DNA of 64,000 nucleotides from positions 3,412,535 to 3,476,534 of the forward strand of contig CP070639.1 in assembly GCA_020354045.1 (NCBI GenBank), given 5' to 3'. The notes beneath the pieces were generated by a model. The model did no database searches, was not told the origin of the DNA, and worked only from the letters and a program-made list of their open reading frames with translations. Positions 1 to 8,334 of this stretch are shown piece by piece (the stretch's first letter is position 1; every line of letters begins with the position of its first letter). The translations under genes and the position numbers were made by a program. Origin of the DNA: Anaerolineales bacterium. Its GTDB lineage: Bacteria; Chloroflexota; Anaerolineae; Anaerolineales; UBA4823.

Positions 1-435
1 AAGGATCGGCAGGCATTCTAGCAATAGCACAGTTAGGTACAAGGTGACGCACATGGTCACCTCCCAAAGTACCGAGTGCGGGTTCCAAAAAACCAGGGCG
101 TGCCAGAAACGGTCAGGTCGGCCAATGTCCAGCAGCAAGGTCAACACCGCCATGCTATAGCCAATCAAGCCAATGAATGTGGCTGTACGGGCTACTGGTT
201 GGAAGCGCTTCAGCCCCAACAGATAGACCGCTGCACACAACAAGAAGGCACCTGCGCTCATGGCAATTGAGGAAAGGTCAATGGTGATCCATAAACCCCA
301 GGGTACCAGGTCGTTCATGTTGGTCACAATCAGCCCACGAGCGAACACAATCACTCCACCCACGATGCCACCTACAACCAGAATGGAAAGCATACCAATC
401 CAGGCTAGGTAGGGACTGGGTCTTACGCGTTTCAT
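1..435 (-). CDS. NrfD/PsrC-family polytopic membrane (quinol-interacting) subunit; N-terminal 145 codons, gene runs off the window start
   Basis: Hand translation of the minus strand from ATG at 435: MKRVRPSPYLAWIGMLSILVVGGIVGG...NDLVPWGLWITIDLSS...IGRPDRFWHALVFWNPHS. It is hydrophobic and multi-TM with NrfD-like strings. It starts 8 nt after the stop of the Fe-S subunit gene. It is absent from the ORF track because it is truncated. Confidence 0.8.
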   Translation of the reverse strand, partial: MKRVRPSPYLAWIGMLSILVVGGIVGGVIVFARGLIVTNMNDLVPWGLWITIDLSSIAMSAGAFLLCAAVYLLGLKRFQPVARTATFIGLIGYSMAVLTLLLDIGRPDRFWHALVFWNPHSVLWEVTMCVTLYLTVLLLECLPIL

Positions 436-443
436 TATTGCTA

Positions 444-1214
444 TCATGCTTCTACCTCCTCTCTGGCAGGCAGATAATAAACGTGCGGTATTGTGCCCAG
501 ATCTGCCCTGAGCTGGTAATACGGGTTACTCTTCAAGGCCTGGCTTACATTCGATTCTTCATCATTCAAATCACCAAAAATGCGCGCACCAACCTGACAG
601 GCAACGACGCAGGCTGGGGTAGCCTCTTCATCTACCCCAGGAGTTAAGCCCATTGCTAAGCCACGATCAATGCGCTGGTAGCAAAAGGAGCATTTTTCCA
701 CCACGCCACGCGGCCTCCTGGGTACCTCTGGCTGACCCCAGGTAGGCACTGCCGGGTTCGGCCCTGTGAAGGCTTCCCAATTGAACGCCCTGCCGCCGTA
801 CGGGCAGGCTACCTCGCAATATCGGCAGCCAATGCAACGGTCGTAATCCATCATGATGATGCCATCTGGTCGCTGGTAACTGGCTTTCACCATACACACT
901 TCTACACAGGGGGCATTATCGCAGTGCATGCATGGGCGGGCGAGGAAAACCGGGCGGTCTCCAACTTTGCCTACCTCAATCACCCTGTTCCAAGAGATTT
1001 CGGGGGGCACATCGTTATGCGCCCGACATGCCAATGTGCAATAACCACAGCCTGTGCACTTGGATTGGTCGATCACCATAGCCCAACTGTGCGGGCTTGA
1101 CCCCTTTGGACTGGAGGCCGCGACTCTACGGGCAACTCTTAAACCTGCATAGGTGGCAGTTCCAACAGCAGCAATCTTGAGAAACTCGCGTCGGTTGATA
1201 GGTTTGTCAGACAT
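444..1214 (-). CDS. Tat-exported 4x[4Fe-4S] ferredoxin-type subunit (NrfC/PsrB/DmsB family)
   Basis: Twin-arginine signal MSDKPINRREFLKIAAVGTATYAG. Cys clusters CTGCGYCTLAC, CMHCDNAPCVEVC, CIGCRYCEVACP, CSFC...PACVVAC. I chose ATG at 1214 because GAGGAG lies 7 nt upstream; the track start 1229 sits inside that RBS. Confidence 0.85.
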   Translation of the reverse strand: MSDKPINRREFLKIAAVGTATYAGLRVARRVAASSPKGSSPHSWAMVIDQSKCTGCGYCTLACRAHNDVPPEISWNRVIEVGKVGDRPVFLARPCMHCDNAPCVEVCMVKASYQRPDGIIMMDYDRCIGCRYCEVACPYGGRAFNWEAFTGPNPAVPTWGQPEVPRRPRGVVEKCSFCYQRIDRGLAMGLTPGVDEEATPACVVACQVGARIFGDLNDEESNVSQALKSNPYYQLRADLGTIPHVYYLPAREEVEA

Positions 1215-1218
1215 TGAA

Positions 1219-2130
1219 TTACTCCTCATCGATGTAACGGCTACGGCGCTGCAAACGCTCGATCCACGGAGCGATGATCACACCCAAAGCCACACCGATC
1301 AAGCCAGACAGGAAGGTAAACCCGACCGGACTGACTGGAGTAGGGGCTTCACTCACTGGAACAGTTTGTACAGCGGCCAGATTATCAGGAGGCACAGGTG
1401 TGGGGTGTTCTTGGTGCACCTCTACCGGGTCATGCATCTGGTAGACATGGCAGGAATTGCAGGCTTCAAGGCTGACAAAGAAACTGTGATCCTTTCCAGA
1501 TTTGCCTTCCGATACTGACTGATTTAAATCAACCAGGTGGCAGTTAGAACAAGTCAGTCCTTGTTCGCTATGTGAGGTATGGGTGAAATTCGAGGAACGT
1601 TCGCGGTGGCAAGATGCGCACAACAAGGATCCACTTTCCTTCTTTAAACTTGTACCATGTGGGTCATGACAACCCGCACAGTCGAGTCCCTGTTCACGGT
1701 GAGCGCTCACCTGCCACTCAAAATAGGTCTCAGTATGGCAATCTCCACACAGATGCGCTGAACGATCGGCAGCCATCGGCTCCAATGGATGGTTTTCAGG
1801 AATGGGGCTATGACAGGCCTGGCATGTGATCCCGTCTGACTCCCAGGTGTACGTAGTTGAATCAAACCCGGTAACATGGCATTCAAGGCACTCCGCAGGT
1901 TGCCCTTGTGCTACCCAGGCATTTTGAAAAACCGGATCTATAGTAGCCTGCCCATGCGCGCCTGTTTCCCAGGCCTCGTAGAAAGCGGCATGGCAGCCCT
2001 TACATTCTAGTTGTGGTGGATTTACCTCCTGGGTATGGTTATCTGCTTGAGCAATTGCATACGTAACTAACATCAATGGCACTGCAAAGAATAATCCGTA
2101 CCCAAGACGTAGCATGATTTTTCGTAACAT
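1219..2130 (-). CDS. Octaheme c-type cytochrome with N-terminal signal and C-terminal TM anchor
   Basis: Eight CXXCH motifs: CKGCH, CLECH, CQACH, CGDCH, CAGCH, CASCH, CSNCH, CNSCH. Signal-like GLFFAVPLMLVTYAIAQA and C-terminal TM FLSGLIGVALGVIIAPW. I chose ATG 2130, which is 6 nt after GGAGG at 2137-2141. Confidence 0.85.
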   Translation of the reverse strand: MLRKIMLRLGYGLFFAVPLMLVTYAIAQADNHTQEVNPPQLECKGCHAAFYEAWETGAHGQATIDPVFQNAWVAQGQPAECLECHVTGFDSTTYTWESDGITCQACHSPIPENHPLEPMAADRSAHLCGDCHTETYFEWQVSAHREQGLDCAGCHDPHGTSLKKESGSLLCASCHRERSSNFTHTSHSEQGLTCSNCHLVDLNQSVSEGKSGKDHSFFVSLEACNSCHVYQMHDPVEVHQEHPTPVPPDNLAAVQTVPVSEAPTPVSPVGFTFLSGLIGVALGVIIAPWIERLQRRSRYIDEE

Positions 2131-2155
2131 TTGCATCCTCCAAGAATTTGATGTT

Positions 2156-2494
2156 TTATGAGACAACTGGAATAGGTGCTTGCTGGAAAACCTCACACCC
2201 CAAACAATCCTCTTTCAGATGACCACCATTTTCCTCACGAAAAACCTGCCAGCAGGGTTTTACCGGTTGCTGATACGCGAGGCAATCCGCGAGATTTTCC
2301 GGTGGGCATTTATTGATCTTCCAGCAGCCGATATTGTGGGCTGTCACCTGCATACCGGCCGTTTCAGCCTCTGCTTGCCAACGTTGATCCCAACGTCGCA
2401 ACACCCAAATCATGATTATGGTGATAATTACGGGTAGGCCGAATCGGACGAGGAGTCCAGTCATGAGTGTTAAGATGGCATTGGTCGCGTCCAT
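2156..2494 (-). CDS. Small membrane-anchored Cys-rich protein (unknown function)
   Basis: 112 aa with one N-terminal TM (LLVRFGLPVIITIIMIWVL), followed by 7 Cys including CLGC. GGAGG RBS lies upstream of ATG 2494. It is first or second in the cytochrome operon. Confidence 0.55.
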   Translation of the reverse strand: MDATNAILTLMTGLLVRFGLPVIITIIMIWVLRRWDQRWQAEAETAGMQVTAHNIGCWKINKCPPENLADCLAYQQPVKPCWQVFREENGGHLKEDCLGCEVFQQAPIPVVS

Positions 2495-2507
2495 GCAGAA
2501 CCTCCAT

Positions 2508-2621
2508 TTAGATATTGACTGTGTGGCTGCGCTCCAATAATGTTCCGAGCAGGAGTAGTACGAGAACAGGAATCCCTACTCGAGCTACAGTTAAAATTGA
2601 AATAAAGAGAATGGCATCCAT
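2508..2621 (-). CDS. Possible 37-aa single-TM peptide, paralogous to the N-terminus of the downstream 112-aa protein
   Basis: Hand translation gives MDAILFISILTVARVGIPVLVLLLLGTLLERSHTVNI. A strong RBS GGAGGTAAGC lies directly before ATG 2621. Its N-terminus resembles MDATNAILTLMTGLLVRFGLPVII of the next gene. It is too short for the ORF track. Confidence 0.35.
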   Translation of the reverse strand: MDAILFISILTVARVGIPVLVLLLLGTLLERSHTVNI

Positions 2622-2660
2622 GCTTACCTCCATTACGTCTCATCTATAATTAATCTTTGC

Positions 2661-2754
2661 CTTTAGTATAGGGAAGCAAACAGTCCGGGTAAATCCGCGC
2701 TTCAGCCAATCTTTAGCATAGGGCACATGCCTCTCATACCCACATGCATATGGG
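2661..2754. promoter_or_regulatory. Repeated motif CTTTAG(T/C)ATAGGG (2661 and 2711, exactly 50 bp apart) plus imperfect palindrome CCCACATGCATATGGG (2739-2754)
   Basis: Read directly from the sequence between the LuxR-type regulator gene and the cytochrome operon. The proximal copy overlaps the candidate -10. Confidence 0.3.
2665..2693 (-). promoter_or_regulatory. Candidate sigma70-type promoter of the cytochrome operon (TTTACC-17-TATACT)
   Basis: The minus strand reads TTTACC (2693-2688), a 17-nt spacer, then TATACT (2670-2665). This is 44 nt upstream of the first small ORF. The -35 match is weak. Confidence 0.3.
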
Positions 2755-2854
2755 AAAGTCGAACCATGCCAATCAGGCTAATAACTTTAGATTTCCTACT
2801 TTCAATACTAGCCTTCCCCCATACGAGATAGGAAGTTTTCCCCGAATTAAATGA

Positions 2855-2888
2855 AGCAGGAGTAGGGCTATGAACCCCACTCCTGCTT
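2855..2888 (-). terminator. Hairpin downstream of the response-regulator gene
   Basis: AAGCAGGAGTAGGG-ctatgaa-CCCCACTCCTGCTT is an inverted repeat with one bulge, about 25 nt after the stop at 2912. The trailing U tract is weak (CAUUUAAUU). Confidence 0.4.
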
Positions 2889-2911
2889 GGACTTATTCAC
2901 CCAATGGAGTA

Positions 2912-3562
2912 TCAGGCTTCGATAATCCCCTTACGGATGGCATATTTCACCAGTTCTGTGCGTGAATGCAAATTGAGCTTAGCCATGATATTTTCTCGGT
3001 GCCGGGCTACAGTATTTGGGCTGATACTGAGTTCTTCGGCGATCTCAGCGTTACTGGCACCATCTGCCAATAAAGCCAGAACCTCTTGCTCGCGCGGTGT
3101 CAAGCCATCCAGATTAGGAGATGACCTAGCTGGCTGCGACTGCCCCAAGTAATCTCTCACCAACAGCTTTGCCAAGGAAGGGTAGATGTACACCTCCCCC
3201 CTGGCAGCGTAACGGATCGCGCTGATCAAGTCTTCCGGGGCGGCGCGTTTGGGCACGTAACCACTAGCTCCAGCTTCAAGCATCTTAAAAAAATACTCTT
3301 CATCTTCATGTATGGTCAGGGCCACCACCGAGGCTCCCGGCAACAGACGTTTGATCTGACGGGTTGCATCAATCCCAGAGATATCCGGAAGCCCGATATC
3401 CATCAAAATAACGTCCGGTTGAAGACGGGTAAGCTGGCTCAATGCCTGGCTGGCAGAATCAGCTTCTCCAATAATTTCAATGTCGCCTTCACCTTCGAGT
3501 AACATCCGTAATCCCTGGCGGACGACTACATGGTCATCAACCAGTAGTAAGCGTGTCTTCAT
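2912..3562 (-). CDS. NarL/LuxR-family response regulator (REC + LuxR HTH)
   Basis: MKTRLLLVDDHVVVRQGL...DVILMDIGLPDISG receiver domain. C-terminal LTPREQEVLALLADGASNAEIAEELSISPNTVARH. Confidence 0.9.
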   Translation of the reverse strand: MKTRLLLVDDHVVVRQGLRMLLEGEGDIEIIGEADSASQALSQLTRLQPDVILMDIGLPDISGIDATRQIKRLLPGASVVALTIHEDEEYFFKMLEAGASGYVPKRAAPEDLISAIRYAARGEVYIYPSLAKLLVRDYLGQSQPARSSPNLDGLTPREQEVLALLADGASNAEIAEELSISPNTVARHRENIMAKLNLHSRTELVKYAIRKGIIEA

Positions 3563-5036
3563 TGGTTTTTTCCTTCGAGTTATCGGTATTCACATAAGGG
3601 ATTGTGACTTCTACCATCGTACCAGATCCAACACTTGACATGATCTGGAATGTTCCACCCAGAAGGTTGGCGCGCTCACGCATTCCCTCCAGACCCCAGG
3701 AACTCCTCTGGGCAAGATTATGCACTTGCATATCGAAACCACACCCATCATCACTGACCTGTAATGTCACTTTACGATTTGAGTAGATAAGACGTAAGCT
3801 GGCGTTATCGGCGGCGGCATGCTTAACCGAGTTGGTAAGGGCCTCTTGAGCTATCCGAAACAGCGCCGTACGAACTTCTGAGGGCAGCTCTGATGTATGA
3901 CCAATAACTTCAAAATTAACTCGCAATGGTGTGCGGCTCTGGACTTCCCCGGCAAACCAGCGCAGCGTCGCTGCGAGACCCAGGTCGTCAAGATGAGAGG
4001 GGCGCAGGTCGGCGATGAGACGCTGTAATTCAGTCAGTGAATGGGTCACCAGACCCTCCAATTGTCGTATATTCTGGGTGGCTTTTTCGGCATCCTGGTT
4101 TATCGCCGTGCCAATGCCCCTCAGTCCCAGCCCAATTGCCGTTAAAGCCTGACCAGTTTCATCATGCAATTCGCGCGCGATACGCTGCCGTTCTGATTCT
4201 TGAGCCTGAACAACTCGTCGCAGTAACTCGCCACGCAAAGCCTCCCGGCGTTCAGCTTCTTCAACCCGTTCCGCTTGCAAGGCTGCGATTCGTCGCTTGG
4301 TTTCCACCTCGAAGGAACGCAGAAAGCGCATGACAAACACAGCAGCCACGACGGCTGAGGCCGCTCTGAGCAACTGAATTGGAAAGCCAAATAATTCAAT
4401 GAAGAGATCCTGGTTGATAACCGTGGAGGGGGGCAAGAGGCTATTGCGGGTAAAGGTCTGCCCGACGATACCATACCAGAAAAATGCGATCGCCGCCCAT
4501 AAGCTATCTCTACCGAATTGCGCCAAACCAGCCTGGCGAAAACGGCGCTGCTGGGTAATGAGCCCGGCACAGGCAAACATAGCTGAAGGCACTGCCAGAA
4601 TATAGCGCGTCCATACATCCATCACATTGATGAGCGGATCAAAGGCGTATCTACCCTTCATAATTAACAACCCGAAACCCCAGATGGCGGTCAGGCTAAG
4701 GGGAAGGAGCAGGCTAATGCGCCGCTGCCAGTCATCCCTGGAGAGTAAAGAAGAGCCAAATGCCCCCAAGGATAAAAAAGAAAAAGCCAGGATGATCAGT
4801 CGGAAAGCATTCCAAAGTATGTGGGCCTCCTGCTGGAAAGGTAAAATGCCCAGTTTTTCGAACATTTCCAACCATTCATGTATGCCATGAATCAAACCAA
4901 AAGCTGCTAGCGGACGTAGTGCGTGCGCCAGGCGCGGGTCGGTGCCGTGCCCGATTTCCACCAGGATACCCATACCCATGCTAAAAAAAGCCAAACCGTA
5001 AAAGAAGAATATATACGGTATCAGGGTGCTGCTCAC
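3537..5036 (-). CDS. Membrane sensor histidine kinase, NarX/DesK-type (HisKA_3 + HATPase)
   Basis: About 230 aa of N-terminal TM segments, then a coiled coil, H-box RIARELHDETGQALTAI and ATPase motifs (EALTNSVKHA, DDGCGF, GLEGMRERA). It overlaps the regulator gene by 26 nt. Confidence 0.85.
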   Translation of the reverse strand: MSSTLIPYIFFFYGLAFFSMGMGILVEIGHGTDPRLAHALRPLAAFGLIHGIHEWLEMFEKLGILPFQQEAHILWNAFRLIILAFSFLSLGAFGSSLLSRDDWQRRISLLLPLSLTAIWGFGLLIMKGRYAFDPLINVMDVWTRYILAVPSAMFACAGLITQQRRFRQAGLAQFGRDSLWAAIAFFWYGIVGQTFTRNSLLPPSTVINQDLFIELFGFPIQLLRAASAVVAAVFVMRFLRSFEVETKRRIAALQAERVEEAERREALRGELLRRVVQAQESERQRIARELHDETGQALTAIGLGLRGIGTAINQDAEKATQNIRQLEGLVTHSLTELQRLIADLRPSHLDDLGLAATLRWFAGEVQSRTPLRVNFEVIGHTSELPSEVRTALFRIAQEALTNSVKHAAADNASLRLIYSNRKVTLQVSDDGCGFDMQVHNLAQRSSWGLEGMRERANLLGGTFQIMSSVGSGTMVEVTIPYVNTDNSKEKTNEDTLTTG

Positions 5037-5082
5037 GAGTTTCTCCTAAATTCAAATGCCATTATGATGCACCCATCACATC

Positions 5083-6021
5083 CTAGGTTCGTTGTTGTAT
5101 AGTTGAAATATGTGCCCATTCCTGCGTGTTGGATTTAACAAATTCCCACCACGTGGTTTGGGCACGAGTCGCAGTAATGCGCATATTGCGGGCCATATAA
5201 ATTTTACGTCGCAAGCACATCTCACTAAATTGCACCTCAACTACACGTCCAAGCTCCAAGTGCCGGGCAGCAGCCAGGCGTGAGACAAAAGCCACACCGA
5301 TCCCTTCTGCAACTGCCATTACAATAGCTTCAGCGTTGCCTAAAGTCATAGCTTCATTAAGCATATCTGGAGAAATATCATATTCTCGCAGCCCATTTAA
5401 AAGCACCTGGCGTGTTCCAGATAGCTCTTCGGGCATGATGATTGGCTCTTCTAAAAGATCATCCGGATAAATCTGACGGAAGCTTGCCCAGGGATGGTCC
5501 GCAGCTACAATTAAAACTACATCATCTATATAAAAATCCTGCAGTTCTATATCTCGATGTTCGATATGCTTGCTCAACACACCTAAAGCGACTTCTCCTG
5601 CAAGCAATTTATTTAGGACGGTATCACGGCTAGATACCAGGATGTTGATGCGGACCTGAGGATATTTACGCCGAAAGCGTGCGATCATGCTCGGAAGCAA
5701 GTATTTACCTGCGGTCGTCGAACATCCCAGATTCATCTCACCGATCACCTCTCCCTGTAAAGAGGCCATCGTCTCTTCAAGCCGGCGTGAGGCATTTAGC
5801 AGCTCTTGAGCAATTGGTTTAAGCGTCAGTCCCGTCTCAGTCAATTGAACTGTTCTTCCCTGGCGCTGGAACAAGCGTGTGCCAAAGCGTTTCTCCAGGC
5901 TGTCGATTTTCTGGCTAATCGCCGGTTGGGATAGGTGCAGCTGCCTGCCAGCTGCGCTGAAGCTGCCAGCTTCAGCTGCAACCAGGAAAGCTTTCAAATC
6001 GCTCAAATTGATCATGCTCAT
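5083..6021 (-). CDS. LysR-family transcriptional regulator
   Basis: N-terminal wHTH LKAFLVAAEAGSFSAAGRQLHLSQPAISQKIDSLE, followed by a LysR substrate-binding domain. Confidence 0.9.
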   Translation of the reverse strand: MSMINLSDLKAFLVAAEAGSFSAAGRQLHLSQPAISQKIDSLEKRFGTRLFQRQGRTVQLTETGLTLKPIAQELLNASRRLEETMASLQGEVIGEMNLGCSTTAGKYLLPSMIARFRRKYPQVRINILVSSRDTVLNKLLAGEVALGVLSKHIEHRDIELQDFYIDDVVLIVAADHPWASFRQIYPDDLLEEPIIMPEELSGTRQVLLNGLREYDISPDMLNEAMTLGNAEAIVMAVAEGIGVAFVSRLAAARHLELGRVVEVQFSEMCLRRKIYMARNMRITATRAQTTWWEFVKSNTQEWAHISTIQQRT

Positions 6022-6152
6022 CTCTCCGTAATAGCACTACTACCAGCATTCGATAAGTAAAAATAATGCCAGTATGTGAATTATTGCACTAATAATTATA
6101 TATCAAAATTCATGTCAAAAGCAATTGAAGGGTGTCATGATTTTGTAACGCA

Positions 6153-6172
6153 TGTCACAATAATTTGTGACA
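6153..6172. promoter_or_regulatory. Perfect inverted repeat TGTCACA-ATAATT-TGTGACA in the LysR/FmdB divergent intergenic region
   Basis: Seen directly. It is flanked by further GTGTCA (6132) and TCACAC (6175) half-site-like copies. It is a candidate LysR-type binding site. Confidence 0.35.
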
Positions 6173-6303
6173 AATCACACAAAGCAACTATGCAACCTAT
6201 ATGGTAGTATCTGCATCTAAAATACATACACTAAAATTCAGACACGTGTTCATATGGCTTATCGAACGTATGGATCTCAAATTACGGCGCTCTATGCCAA
6301 TCT

Positions 6304-6525
6304 ATGGAGGATAAATTGCCGATCTTTGAATTTGTTTGTGAGGAATGTGGGCAGTTCTTCGAAGAATTAGTAAGAAGCTCCAGCGCCATTGGCGAAGTCA
6401 TCTGTCCGAGCTGTCAGGGTGAGCAAGTTAAAAAGCAAGTATCCATATTTGCTTCCAAGCTAAGCAGTTCCTCTGGACATTTCAACTCAAGCTTCGCGAG
6501 TTCTTGCAGCACAGGTAGTACCTGA
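6304..6525 (+). CDS. FmdB-family zinc-ribbon protein
   Basis: PIFEFVCEECGQFFE...VICPSCQG shows the CxxC...CxxC pattern. The real start may be TTG 6316, giving (M)PIFEF, because GGAGG at 6306-6310 lies inside the annotated first codons. Confidence 0.7.
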   Translation: MEDKLPIFEFVCEECGQFFEELVRSSSAIGEVICPSCQGEQVKKQVSIFASKLSSSSGHFNSSFASSCSTGST

Positions 6526-6532
6526 GGGGTAT

Positions 6533-6556
6533 AAAAAAAGCCGACCGGTGGTCGGC
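6533..6556 (-). terminator. Intrinsic terminator (GCCGACC-ggt-GGTCGGC with the U7 tract on the minus strand)
   Basis: A 7-bp GC stem at 6540-6556, preceded on the plus strand by A7. The U tract therefore follows the hairpin only on the minus strand. It fits termination of the fmdE-tauE unit and may also stop the convergent fmdB-like gene. Confidence 0.5.
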
Positions 6557-6682
6557 AACAAACGCATTCATTTTATTCGGTAGTCATTACTCACCTCTCG
6601 TTTAAGGGGTTGTGTTTAATGTTTAAGCCTACCGCCTGCCATCATAATGCAATCAGCTAGTATTATCAACTGATCAGCCTCA

Positions 6683-7453
6683 TTATGATAGTAAGAATTC
6701 ACCCCAGTAACGAACTACCGCAATCAATAGCACCACGCCCAACAGGCGGCGTACCGCTGCACCAGAGAGATAACGCGAACCAAGACGGCTGCCTACCCAT
6801 GCTCCTGCCAAGCCTAAGGGAAGCAACGCCAGCCCTAATACACCTAATTCCAGGCTTCCGCTCATCGCCCGTCCTAGCAACCCACTAAATGAATTAACAA
6901 AAATGAACGCGGCTGAGGAGGCTGCTGCTTGCTTGGGAGTCCCCCACCCTGCCAGCACAATAAGTGGTGATAAAAAGATGCCACCACCGATTCCAATGAT
7001 CCCAGATAGTAAACCAATGCCAGCCCCGCATAATAATGCAACACCGAGCGATAGAGGCCGCACGCTGCTGGTATCTTCATCACTGATGCTCCGGAAAAAT
7101 AATATCCGGACAGCAATATAACTCAGCGAAAGGTAGAGCAAAAGAAAATAGGTATTCGTACTGACTTCCAGCAAGCCTCCGATAAAAGCCGCCGGGACAG
7201 AGGTCAGTAGAAAAGGCCACAACAGGCGAGGGGCAAAAAACCGGGCACGATAATAGGATACAAACGCAATAAAAGAGACAACCAGGTTTAAAATCAGTGC
7301 AGTGCTGGACATTATCTGGGGAGCTATGAAGAACTGGCTCATAGCAGCCAGATAGCCTGACGCTCCACCAAAACCTACACTGGCATACAAGAATGCAATC
7401 GCCAACACCAGTATGGCGAGCTGTGGAGGTGGAAGTGTATTGGAGTCGATCAC
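6683..7453 (-). CDS. TauE/SafE-family (sulfite-exporter-like) permease
   Basis: Multi-TM protein with LYASVGFGGASGYLAAM and GIGGGIFLSPLIVL repeats. I chose GTG 7453 as the start because it overlaps the upstream stop as TAGTG. The track ATG 7549 would overlap the upstream gene by 97 nt. Confidence 0.75.
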   Translation of the reverse strand: MIDSNTLPPPQLAILVLAIAFLYASVGFGGASGYLAAMSQFFIAPQIMSSTALILNLVVSFIAFVSYYRARFFAPRLLWPFLLTSVPAAFIGGLLEVSTNTYFLLLYLSLSYIAVRILFFRSISDEDTSSVRPLSLGVALLCGAGIGLLSGIIGIGGGIFLSPLIVLAGWGTPKQAAASSAAFIFVNSFSGLLGRAMSGSLELGVLGLALLPLGLAGAWVGSRLGSRYLSGAAVRRLLGVVLLIAVVRYWGEFLLS

Positions 7454-8088
7454 TAGGGTTTTTTCACTGGCTGTTTTGCAAGCCAGATTGGGAACTTCAA
7501 CGATTCCCCGCTTACACGATAATAAGCCAATCCAGCACATCCCTGGCAAAGGATCATCTCGCCACGTTGGATTTCACGCTCGTTGATGATCTCCTCCCCA
7601 CACTCGGTGCAATTTACCCGCACACCAGGCCTGCTTACAATCTGAGCAACCCGCTTGGAGAGGCGCACAGGTTGGAAAACCAACAGTTCATTAGTGGGCA
7701 TCACCTGGTAAGCATGTAGCTGGGCAAAATAACGGCGTTCTTCATCTTCGGTATACATGAATGCCTGCTGGCGGATTTCAGGCCGTGGAGAAATACGCAC
7801 TGCAGACTCGTTGGTAACATCCACAAAAGTAGCCGCGACTTTTCCGTAATCTTCCACGCGCAAGGTGCGATGACCTAGCGTGCAGCCGCTTGCAACCTCT
7901 ACTCCATCCGCAAAGCAACCATCTGTTTCCAGGATGGCCATCAAGCGCTTATCCTGGCGAGGGACCGCCAGGCTGAGCGCGGCTCCACCCGCCAAGCCCA
8001 TTCTTACCCCCAACACCTGACGTGGGCACAAGTGGCTATGCCTGGCTGCGGACATCTCCAGTAATTGGGCAAGTGGGATTTCGGTCAT
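7453..8088 (-). CDS. FmdE-family protein (formylmethanofuran dehydrogenase subunit E-like domain + C-terminal zinc ribbon)
   Basis: HSHLCPRQVLGVRMG...TDGCFADGVEVASGCTLGHR matches the FmdE-domain pattern. C-terminal CTECGEE...CQGCAG. GGAGGG RBS lies before ATG 8088. Confidence 0.75.
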   Translation of the reverse strand: MTEIPLAQLLEMSAARHSHLCPRQVLGVRMGLAGGAALSLAVPRQDKRLMAILETDGCFADGVEVASGCTLGHRTLRVEDYGKVAATFVDVTNESAVRISPRPEIRQQAFMYTEDEERRYFAQLHAYQVMPTNELLVFQPVRLSKRVAQIVSRPGVRVNCTECGEEIINEREIQRGEMILCQGCAGLAYYRVSGESLKFPIWLAKQPVKKP

Positions 8089-8106
8089 CTTGAACCCTCC
8101 CTGGTT

Positions 8107-8137
8107 AAAAATTCAGGCCATCTCAGATGAGACGGCC
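8107..8137 (-). terminator. Terminator hairpin + U tract forming the expression platform of the upstream structured leader
   Basis: The minus strand reads GGCCGUCUCAUCUGAGAUGGCC (8137-8116) followed by UGAAUUUUU. It lies 18 nt upstream of the FmdE-like start. Confidence 0.5.
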
Positions 8138-8160
8138 CAAAGACAACCAGACAACTGGTC

Positions 8161-8317
8161 ATCTCCTTTCCAATTCCATTTCCTTGCATGCTCATGCAGC
8201 TCCATGCCTATAAGGAAACTTCGGGTGGTCGGTGCGTTTCCACACCGGCCTGGGTCGCCTCAGCAACCGGCCTGGTGACCATAGACTTATGTTCTACAGG
8301 TTACCAGGCTCGGAGAT
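8161..8317 (-). ncRNA. Probable molybdenum-cofactor (Moco) riboswitch aptamer
   Basis: The minus strand reads AUCUCCGAGCC...GGAAAGGAGAU. The closing helix is AUCUCC/GGAGAU, with CCGAGCC at the 5' side and GGAAAGGAG at the 3' side; I recall these as Moco-motif hallmarks. Internal hairpins are UGGUAACC/GGUCACCA, GGUGUG-GAAA-CGCACC (GNRA loop) and UUUCCUU...AAGGAAA. This is recognition by eye, not a covariance-model hit. Confidence 0.6.
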
Positions 8318-8334
8318 CCATCGGGTTTATGTTA

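Noticed and set aside
4142-4618. 158-aa minus-strand ORF in an alternative frame within the histidine kinase gene
   Set aside because: It is the same strand but out of frame with a kinase ORF that carries clear TM and H-box features, so it cannot be an independent gene.
6153-6172. CRP/FNR-type site
   Set aside because: The half-site order is TCACA-N6-TGTGA rather than TGTGA-N6-TCACA, so it does not match the CRP/FNR consensus geometry. I kept it only as a generic dyad operator candidate.
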